DNA of 40,516 nucleotides from a virus. Lineage: Duplodnaviria; Caudoviricetes. The notes beneath the pieces are model-generated. The model was not told the DNA's origin. It searched no databases and was given only the letters and a program-made list of their open reading frames with translations. How positions within the stretch are numbered: position 1 is the stretch's first letter; the number at the start of each line of letters is the position of its first letter. Positions 33,364 to 40,516 of this stretch are shown here, in pieces. The DNA lies in IMG/VR virus record IMGVR_UViG_3300039068_000053, positions 1-40,516 of that record; one strand, given 5' to 3'. The translations under genes were made by a program, and so were the position numbers.

Positions 33364-34860
33364 ATGTCTGAGAAGCTTCAAGGTAGGGACCAGTATATGG
33401 CACCTGACTCAGCTTATTCTGACCTAGAGCTCTTAGAGCGTAAGATGAGATTTTCAGCTGAAGTTGTTAAGGATCTTTCATTTTGGATTCCTCACCGTGG
33501 TCAGGTATTAGTTGGTAAGGCAATATTTATCGATGGCAAGACTGATATTATAGTTGAGTGCGGACGAAAGTTTGGCAAGTCAGAGCTTGGCCCTTATTGT
33601 CAGCATCGCTGGGCGATTATTAACCCAAAGTCATTTAATTATTATTTTGTACCTATTAAAGATCAGATTTCAGATATTATCTGGGCAAATGGTCGACTTC
33701 CTGATTTTTTACCGCTACACTTAAAGCGCAAATATCTTGATGGTGAGCCCACCAAGTCAGAGTTCCGTATTAACTTCAAGAACGGATCATTTATCAGATG
33801 TGATGGATCGGACTCGTACAATAAAGCTCGTGGATATACTGCCAATGGACTGCAAATATATGATGAAACAAAGGACTTTCACCCAATGTTTCATGATGCA
33901 TTTGACCCCAATAGAGCTACTAATAACTCCCCGTTGCTTGCAATGGGAACCCCTGGTGACGAGCAAGCTCTATTGACCAAGTTGTTTGATGCCGCTCTTT
34001 TAACTCCATATGGGGCGGCATTTAACTTCCCTTCAAACATAAATCCACATATCAGTCATGAATTTTTAGAGAAGAAGCGTATCGAGTACGCTGCTCGTGG
34101 TGACTCTGATATTTATGAGATTGAATATGGTGCGAAGAGAACTAAAATTGGAAAGAAATATATTTTCCCTATGATTAACAGAAAGATGATCGTGCCTCAT
34201 GCCGATCTTCTAGAGTATGTTCGTAATTTTAGGAAGGACTTTGACTTTTATACAATGTTTGACCCTGGTTCTGCCAAGTGTTTTGGTGTTTTGTTTGTGG
34301 CAATCCATAGATATAGCAAGCACGTTGTTGTTATGGATGAGATTTATGAGCAGAAGATGGGCGAGAACACTACAAAGAAGATTATACCACGATCAAATGC
34401 TATTTGTGACGAGATTAATAAGTCTAAAGATGACTGGTCTCAGGGCTATGACTATGCAGCTGCTTGGTTTGCGTCTGATATTATCAGCGAGTTTCCAGAC
34501 TACGAGTACAGTTTATTTCCTTGCACGAAAGATTTGAAGGACAAAGAGAACAAACTTGGTTTGATTAAGGATATTATGATTGGTACTGCTGATGGAAGTC
34601 TATTATCAATCAGCGATAGGGCCGTAAACTTTTATAAAGAATGTAATGAATATAAGTTGGATGATAAGGGCAAGCTGAAGAAAGAGAATGATCATTTAAT
34701 TGATTGTTTCAGATATATTTTAAATCTTGCCAATTACTACACAATTGAAGATGCTAAACCGATAGATTTTAAAATTAAACATCAGCGCGGAACATTTGAG
34801 CAAGATGAGTACCGTGCTAAACCATCAGGAGAGGGTTATGGAGATTTTGACCTTGATTAA
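33364..34860 (+). CDS. terL: Terminase large subunit
   Basis: PHRGQ, Walker A CGRKFGKS, Walker B IYDE, MGTP; nuclease FDPG and DHLIDCFRY. Confidence 0.95.
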   Translation: MSEKLQGRDQYMAPDSAYSDLELLERKMRFSAEVVKDLSFWIPHRGQVLVGKAIFIDGKTDIIVECGRKFGKSELGPYCQHRWAIINPKSFNYYFVPIKDQISDIIWANGRLPDFLPLHLKRKYLDGEPTKSEFRINFKNGSFIRCDGSDSYNKARGYTANGLQIYDETKDFHPMFHDAFDPNRATNNSPLLAMGTPGDEQALLTKLFDAALLTPYGAAFNFPSNINPHISHEFLEKKRIEYAARGDSDIYEIEYGAKRTKIGKKYIFPMINRKMIVPHADLLEYVRNFRKDFDFYTMFDPGSAKCFGVLFVAIHRYSKHVVVMDEIYEQKMGENTTKKIIPRSNAICDEINKSKDDWSQGYDYAAAWFASDIISEFPDYEYSLFPCTKDLKDKENKLGLIKDIMIGTADGSLLSISDRAVNFYKECNEYKLDDKGKLKKENDHLIDCFRYILNLANYYTIEDAKPIDFKIKHQRGTFEQDEYRAKPSGEGYGDFDLD

Positions 34861-35026
34861 TGTTATTTGTATGCTTGTCAGCATTACAGTTGCTGGTTCT
34901 GCTTGGGTAGAACTTAAATCCTTTATGAAGTCTACTCATAAGATTGAGTATGTACCATTAGGAGATGCACCAACATTAAAAAGTGAACCATTAAGAGACC
35001 AAGATTTAAACGAATTTGATATTTAA
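34838..35026 (+). CDS. Small membrane protein between terL and portal
   Basis: Start revised to ATG 34838 (GGAGAGG SD); N-terminal TM segment and acidic tail. Confidence 0.6.
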   Translation: MEILTLINVICMLVSITVAGSAWVELKSFMKSTHKIEYVPLGDAPTLKSEPLRDQDLNEFDI

Positions 35027-35035
35027 GGAGTAAAT

Positions 35036-37123
35036 ATGAGACAGACGATTTTAGATGCGTTTGATGATCAACCATCAGGTAATATGAATGAGCACCAATT
35101 CCCATTCATTGATCATCAGGACGAGACAGAGCTATTGGATTGGCTAGTAAAGGATATTGAATCTAAATTTAGATCAAGATCTAGCAGGAACGAAACAATT
35201 AGAAGACTAGATGCTATGTTTAAGGGACTTCCTTACGATGTTGCAAATAGAGGTAGTAACATTAATGATCTTGATGAGAATATTGGTCTTCGTAGACCAA
35301 AATCTATCTACAACTTCATTAATGAGATGGTAGAAGCTAAGGTTTCTCAGAGATCAAGGTTTAAACCAGCTATTACAGTAATCCCAAACAACATTAATGT
35401 TGATGATGAGAACCGTGCTGAGACAGTTAAGACTCTTTTAACATCAAAGGCACAAGAACTTAATCTAGACAAGTTAATTTCAGACGCAGACAAGGTAAAC
35501 TTTCTATCTGGAGAGTCTTATACTTATGTGAGATGGAACAAAAACATTGGTGGGATTGATCCTAATTATGCAAAGCTTGAGTCGCCAAAGTACTTAGATG
35601 GCACTCCAATGCCAGTAGTTTATAAGGGTGATATTGATATTGTAATCCTAGGGCCTGATAGATGCTATCATCAGCTTGGTCCTCGCAGATGGGAAGATGT
35701 TAATGACCTTAATATTTGCGAATGGGTACATATTGATGAACTTAAAGCAGACTATCCTCAGTGTGCTGATGATATTCAAGCATCTGAAGGTTATTACTCT
35801 CAGTATTTTGATAGTTATAATAGAAATGATCATGAGTACCACGCTCTTGTGGTGGAATATTACTATAAGCCGACAAGATTCATGCCAAAAGGTGCTTATA
35901 TTAAGTTTACTCCAGGTTGCTTACTTGAAGTTAAGCTAGATGGATACCCATATAAGCATGGCAAGCTTCCTGTAGTGTTTGACACAGACATTGACTCTCA
36001 AGGAGAGATCACAGGTCGTCCATTTACAGCAAATATTGAGAAGCTTCAAAGGCTTCACGATATGACATCAGCTTCTATGGCAAGAGGATTTGCAATTGCC
36101 AACTCTCCGAAGTGGTTATATGCCAAAGGTTCGATTGATGCCAATAAGCTAACTAACCAATACAGCTCACTTGAGTTTAAAGGGCCTGTAGCTCCCCAAT
36201 TAGCGTCTTTTAATGGAGTCCCTAGTGCTTCATTGGATATTCTTGCATGGTCTGAGAAAGGCATTGAGAAGGCTTCTAGCGTGTATGGTATTTCTCGTGG
36301 TGAACCACCTAAGGGTATCAAGGCAGCAGTTGCGCTTCAATTCCTAGATGAGCAAGAGATGCAAAGAGAGTCTAGAGGTATGGCAAAACGTCAATCTAGA
36401 ATTATTGATATTTATGAGATGAGCTTGTCGCTAATGCAACAATTCTACACCCCAGAAGATGGAAGAATCTTTAAATACCTAGGCGAAGATAACTCTTATT
36501 TAATTAGCGATTTTTCTACTATGGATATTTCTGGTGAGTATGATATTAGGATTGAAAATTCTTCTTCATTGCCAGATTCTAAAACTGGTAAGATTGCAGC
36601 TATTCTCGATCTTAACACAGCAACTCAGGCAGACCCTATGTTTAACAAAGAAGCAATTGCACAAATGTTAGACCTTGGAAACGATAGAAGATTTAAAGTT
36701 CAGAATACATCTGCCCTTAAGGCAGCTCAATTTAAGCTTCAAAAGATTCTTAATGGCGAACCTTCACCGGAACCAAGATCATTTGATGATTTCTTAATCG
36801 AGTACCCAGTATTCATGCAAGCAATCCGTCAGCGTGAGTTTAAAGGTGAAGACCCAGTAGTAATGGAAGCATTGATTGACTATATCACTGGTATGGAATT
36901 TGAGATGTGGAAGAAAGCTCAAATGAACCCAATGTTTATGCAAAAAGCAATGATGTTCTCTGATTATCCAGCATTTTATAAAATTCCACTAATGCCACCA
37001 ATGGCAGCAGCAGCTGGCCCACAAGCAAGCGGCTCAGATACTATTGGCAAGATGGAAAGTAACAACGCAGAAATGAACGATCAACAAATGATGAAAAATG
37101 AATCAATCCCTGGAGGTGTATAG
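35036..37123 (+). CDS. Portal protein (P22-like podovirus type)
   Basis: 695 aa after terL; YNFINEMV, YPYKHGKLP, GISRGEPP..AAVALQFL and EYDIRIE segments; AAGGAG SD. Confidence 0.88.
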   Translation: MRQTILDAFDDQPSGNMNEHQFPFIDHQDETELLDWLVKDIESKFRSRSSRNETIRRLDAMFKGLPYDVANRGSNINDLDENIGLRRPKSIYNFINEMVEAKVSQRSRFKPAITVIPNNINVDDENRAETVKTLLTSKAQELNLDKLISDADKVNFLSGESYTYVRWNKNIGGIDPNYAKLESPKYLDGTPMPVVYKGDIDIVILGPDRCYHQLGPRRWEDVNDLNICEWVHIDELKADYPQCADDIQASEGYYSQYFDSYNRNDHEYHALVVEYYYKPTRFMPKGAYIKFTPGCLLEVKLDGYPYKHGKLPVVFDTDIDSQGEITGRPFTANIEKLQRLHDMTSASMARGFAIANSPKWLYAKGSIDANKLTNQYSSLEFKGPVAPQLASFNGVPSASLDILAWSEKGIEKASSVYGISRGEPPKGIKAAVALQFLDEQEMQRESRGMAKRQSRIIDIYEMSLSLMQQFYTPEDGRIFKYLGEDNSYLISDFSTMDISGEYDIRIENSSSLPDSKTGKIAAILDLNTATQADPMFNKEAIAQMLDLGNDRRFKVQNTSALKAAQFKLQKILNGEPSPEPRSFDDFLIEYPVFMQAIRQREFKGEDPVVMEALIDYITGMEFEMWKKAQMNPMFMQKAMMFSDYPAFYKIPLMPPMAAAAGPQASGSDTIGKMESNNAEMNDQQMMKNESIPGGV

Positions 37124-38280
37124 TGTCTGAGCATTTACAAAGCATAATGAGTGAAGAGGCTGACGTAGCAGAAGAAAGTACGTCAAAGTTAAATGGTGGA
37201 GATAGACTAAATTCTATCATGGATATGGACTACGAAGCTCCAGAGGAGACAGAAGACCCAGAAGAAGATGGTGTAGAGAACAAAACACCACTTGCTGCAA
37301 AAGCAGAGCCAAAGGAAGAGAAAGAAGAAGAAAAGGAAGTAAAGAAACCCGAGGCAAAGAAAGAAGAAAAAGAAGAGAAAAAAGAAGAAGAGAAAAAAGT
37401 CGAGCCTGAAAAGAAAAAATATTCTTATAAGGCAGACGGAGAGGATGTTGAAGAAGAATTAACAGACGAGGAAGTAAAAAGTAGATTGTCTGGAAGTAGA
37501 GCAATTCAAAAACGCTTTACAGAGCTAGATCAACAGAAGAAACAAGTTCTAAGCAAGGAGAAAGAAGCAGAAGAAACTGTTAATTATGTTAAATCTGAAA
37601 TGGGCACACTTAGAGAGTCTTTTGCAAAAGATATCGAGGAATTTAAACAAAATGGAATGGTCAAGGGAAATCCTGCAAAATCCATATATAATTTACTTGA
37701 CAAGATGGGCCTAGATACTGCACAATTTGAGAAGGCACTATTTTTCCATCACTTACCAGAAGCTGCAAAGTTTTTGGATATGAGTGACGCGGAGAGGGAT
37801 AGCTTTCTATTAGGTAGAGAGAATGAGTGGCTTAGGAAAAAACAGGACGCTATTAAGAGTCAAGAGCAAGAAGTCAGGGAAACCAAGACTAAACTTGAAC
37901 AAGAAAACTCGTTAAAGCGACAAGCTGGTGTTTCAGAAGAACTATTCTCAGAACTAAAAGAAGAACTTGCCGCCAAGACTAACTTGAAAGACCTTAAAAC
38001 GGAACAAGTTCTAGAATGGCACAAGGTAAAACCCTTCTACACACGCGCTGAGAATATAGCTGAGAAAGTTCAGGGTTCTGATATTCATAAGATTGCTAGG
38101 ATTCTTCTAGAGTTTCCTGACACAACTGATAAATGGATGCTCGAGCAACTTGGTTATAAGGCTCAAGAGGAAAGAAAGATTGTTGAGAAGCTAGAGGCGA
38201 AAGCTCCTAAGCCATCAGCAAAAAAAGCCGTTGATGACGATAGAGATGATCTATTCGATTCAATGAGAAGAAGAAGGTAA
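37123..38280 (+). CDS. Putative capsid scaffolding protein
   Basis: Acidic E/K-rich N-terminus, YKADGEDVE..L..QKRF and coiled coil; lies between portal and capsid; GTG start with GGAGG SD. Confidence 0.8.
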   Translation: MSEHLQSIMSEEADVAEESTSKLNGGDRLNSIMDMDYEAPEETEDPEEDGVENKTPLAAKAEPKEEKEEEKEVKKPEAKKEEKEEKKEEEKKVEPEKKKYSYKADGEDVEEELTDEEVKSRLSGSRAIQKRFTELDQQKKQVLSKEKEAEETVNYVKSEMGTLRESFAKDIEEFKQNGMVKGNPAKSIYNLLDKMGLDTAQFEKALFFHHLPEAAKFLDMSDAERDSFLLGRENEWLRKKQDAIKSQEQEVRETKTKLEQENSLKRQAGVSEELFSELKEELAAKTNLKDLKTEQVLEWHKVKPFYTRAENIAEKVQGSDIHKIARILLEFPDTTDKWMLEQLGYKAQEERKIVEKLEAKAPKPSAKKAVDDDRDDLFDSMRRRR

Positions 38281-38307
38281 TTTTAACAAAACAATTTAAA
38301 GGAGGTC

Positions 38308-39630
38308 ATGATGGCTGCTAATATCGCTTGGTCAATTGCTTCGGCAAACGACTCTTTCAAAATCAAATACGGTAAACTGGCTGATAAAGTATTTAACGCT
38401 GGTAACCCAATCACTATGCAAATTTCAGTAAAAACTGACTTCGTAGGTAAGTCGTTAGTAGAAGACAATCCATTAGGATTCTCTGGATCAGTTGGTTCAG
38501 GTGTTCTTCCAAAGTCTAACGTAGCTTCTTATGTAAACTCAATTTTACTTCCAAAGAAAAACTACGCAACTGTTGTTGTTGACAGAGAATCAATGAAAGC
38601 TTCTTCTACAAATGAAGGCGCGTTCTTTAAATTCATGGATCGTCCAGTAAAAGACGCTCTAGAGTCTTTCGACAGAAACAAGTCTCGTCAATTCTTCGGT
38701 GACGGTTCAGGTATCCTTGGATACGGTGACGCTGGAGCTGCTGATGTTACTGGTGCTGGTACAACTGGCTCGCCATATATTGTAACTTTTGCTGCTTCTA
38801 AGTTCAACGAAGCTAACTTCGAAGAAAAAGATTATGTTCAAGTTGTTACAGGTATTACATCTGTAATTACTGGAGCTGGTGGTACTGCTGAAGGCGGAAC
38901 TACTCAATCTAACCTTTTAGAAATCGTAGCAATTAACCCTGCTGCTAGAACAATCAGCCTTGTTGGTACTTCACCAGCTCTAGCTGCTCTTGTTGCTGCT
39001 ACAAACCCACTTGGGGCTACTGATGCAATCTGTATGCAATCTTCATACATGACAGACATGACTGGTCTAAGACTAGTATCTAAGCTTTCAGCTGCTTTTG
39101 ACGCTGGAACTACAGGTCTATCACTTTACAACATTCCTATGCAAAGACGTTGGAGAATGTATGTTAAGGATGCTGCTGGTGCTGCTCTTACTAAGCCACT
39201 TCTAAACGATATGGCAGTAACTGTTGAGTCTCGTACTGGTAAAACAGTTACTATGATTGCAACTTCATACACTCAATTCCAAAAGCTTTTAGATCTTTCA
39301 GAAGATCAAAAAAGATACACTATGGTTGCTCCAGCGAACTCAGCGTTCAAAAAAGCTAACTATGGTTTCGAAGCTGTTGAGTATATGACTTCTACAGGTC
39401 CAATTCCAGTTATCCCTGACCGTATGATTCAGAAAGATGAATTATGGTTCTTAAACAAGAACTACATCGAGTACAGACTTCGTCCAGGTGGAGCTGAGTG
39501 GGCTACTGAAGATGGAACAACTTTCCTACGCGTTACTAACGAAGATTCATACGAAGCTCGTTATGCAATGTACGGTGAGTGCCAAATCTCTCCAAACTAC
39601 CATGCACACTTAAAAAACCTAGCTGTATAA
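38308..39630 (+). CDS. Major capsid protein
   Basis: 440 aa; AAGGAGGT SD; SRQFFGDGSG and PIPVIPDR..LWFLN segments; strongly biased codons; followed by a terminator. Confidence 0.88.
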   Translation: MMAANIAWSIASANDSFKIKYGKLADKVFNAGNPITMQISVKTDFVGKSLVEDNPLGFSGSVGSGVLPKSNVASYVNSILLPKKNYATVVVDRESMKASSTNEGAFFKFMDRPVKDALESFDRNKSRQFFGDGSGILGYGDAGAADVTGAGTTGSPYIVTFAASKFNEANFEEKDYVQVVTGITSVITGAGGTAEGGTTQSNLLEIVAINPAARTISLVGTSPALAALVAATNPLGATDAICMQSSYMTDMTGLRLVSKLSAAFDAGTTGLSLYNIPMQRRWRMYVKDAAGAALTKPLLNDMAVTVESRTGKTVTMIATSYTQFQKLLDLSEDQKRYTMVAPANSAFKKANYGFEAVEYMTSTGPIPVIPDRMIQKDELWFLNKNYIEYRLRPGGAEWATEDGTTFLRVTNEDSYEARYAMYGECQISPNYHAHLKNLAV

Positions 39631-39655
39631 TCTAAAAAATTATCAGGATCACACT

Positions 39656-39682
39656 AAGGGGGCTTCGGCTCCCTTTTTTTTT
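39656..39682 (+). terminator. Rho-independent terminator after the capsid gene
   Basis: AAGGGGGC-TTCG-GCTCCCTT stem with a UUCG loop and a run of T. Confidence 0.92.
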
Positions 39683-39708
39683 GACAATTTATTAGGTCGT
39701 GATAGTAT
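39681..39708 (+). promoter_or_regulatory. Putative promoter re-initiating after the terminator
   Basis: TTGACA-N16-TAGTAT. Confidence 0.55.
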
Positions 39709-39759
39709 TTATTGATCAACATATAAAATCCACTAAGAAGGCCAAAAAGGAGCACAGGG

Positions 39760-40516
39760 ATGTCGGATTCAATCAAAGGTTCAAAATCTTTTATCTACAG
39801 CAATGAGCAAGTCCCAGGTTATGAAAACTCTGGCGATAGTATGCAACATCTTTCTATTCAGGAAATATCTGGTAAAAAAGGTGCTGCTGACGTAATGATT
39901 CACGGTACAACTGAGGTTTCACTTAACCATGTTGTTGAGGTTGGCTCTGTTAGAAAATTAATTAGATCGACTGCTCACGGGGCAAAGCAAGGATGGTTCA
40001 TGAGAATGACATCTGGTGCCTCTGATAGAGAAGAGATTACAATTGTAAAAGTTGTAGATGCTGATTCTTTTATCATTTCAGCTGAATTTCCAATAGCACT
40101 TGCAGATACATTCGATATTTTAAGATCAGTATCTCCAAAATATTCTGCAGATGGAGACCTAAGTGTTTCCTCAGGCCCTACGACTTTCTTGAAAGACTCT
40201 GTAGTTACAGAAGTCGAAATGGACACTATTGTTCCTGCAAATATTGAAGCTCTTCCTACTGAACTAATTTTCAGTGTAGACGGAACTCCGACAAGAGTTA
40301 CATATGATACATTAACTCCTACAAACTCAAATGCAATTCCTGTAAATATAGTTACAGTAAATGGCACTGGAATTTCAACAACTGTTGATTTAACTGGTGC
40401 TCAAATAAATGTTCAGCTCACAGATAGAGGAGCATCTCCAGATGCTACAAGAATTGGTGATGGAACTAACTTGTTAGGAGTAAATGCTTCTAATGAGGCA
40501 CTAGTTATTGATACTG
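39760..40516 (+). CDS. 5' part of the fibre/appendage-like gene that continues at position 1 (open at window end)
   Basis: ATG 39760 with AAGGAG SD; open to the end; in frame with the repeat (303 nt to 40063). Confidence 0.85.
   Translation, partial: MSDSIKGSKSFIYSNEQVPGYENSGDSMQHLSIQEISGKKGAADVMIHGTTEVSLNHVVEVGSVRKLIRSTAHGAKQGWFMRMTSGASDREEITIVKVVDADSFIISAEFPIALADTFDILRSVSPKYSADGDLSVSSGPTTFLKDSVVTEVEMDTIVPANIEALPTELIFSVDGTPTRVTYDTLTPTNSNAIPVNIVTVNGTGISTTVDLTGAQINVQLTDRGASPDATRIGDGTNLLGVNASNEALVIDT
40063..40516. repeat. Right copy of the imperfect terminal direct repeat
   Basis: Matches 1-454 at about 96% identity. Confidence 0.97.

Noticed and set aside
37300-37420. Purine-rich GAA/AAA low-complexity tract
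   Set aside because: Explained by the E/K-rich disordered region of the scaffold protein.
39612-39635. A AAA AAC slippery heptamer near the capsid gene end
   Set aside because: The -1 frame stops within about six codons, so no extended capsid protein would result.
1819-40367. Antisense or alternate-frame ORFs nested in long genes (e.g. 1819, 2718, 3439, 6584, 9601, 21229, 21462, 23540, 34217, 36055, 37217, 39975)
   Set aside because: They are shadows of well-supported genes, with no SD or recognisable motifs.

Overview
The window looks like an essentially complete, circularly permuted genome (unit length about 40,062 bp) of an AT-rich, short-tailed (podovirus-like) dsDNA phage of a Gram-negative host. 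Positions 1-454 recur at 40063-40516 as a slightly diverged copy, with 19 substitutions by my count, all but one synonymous. The + strand late arm carries a VRR-NUC nuclease, a putative small terminase, an HNH-AP2 endonuclease, large terminase, portal, scaffold and major capsid. It continues across the junction into about 7 kb of fibre/adhesin-like genes with an embedded amidase, then tail adaptor and nozzle, ejection proteins, a holin/spanin-like cluster and a phosphoesterase + HExxH peptidase moron. The - strand early arm carries about 20 small accessory ORFs, a Prim-Pol/DUF3987-like primase-helicase, an SF2 helicase, an AAA_24 (Sak4-like) ATPase, a DUF669-like SSB, a Cas4-like nuclease and a DEDDh exonuclease; one Cro-like HTH gene lies inside it on the + strand. 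I see no integrase, family A/B DNA polymerase, RNA polymerase, reverse transcriptase or CRISPR array. The most unusual signals are: (1) a promoter-driven non-canonical tRNA-Ala(AGC)-like cloverleaf; (2) a Cys-rich fibre-like protein with a Sec signal peptide, plus several tiny exported Cys-pair proteins; (3) a leader-peptide/two-hairpin attenuator-like cassette flanked by a 16-bp direct repeat, one of several 15-21 bp repeats at early-gene junctions; (4) a structured RNA leader before terL; (5) a VRR-NUC gene with no standard start codon. All family calls come from motif recognition by eye and need HMM or structure confirmation.
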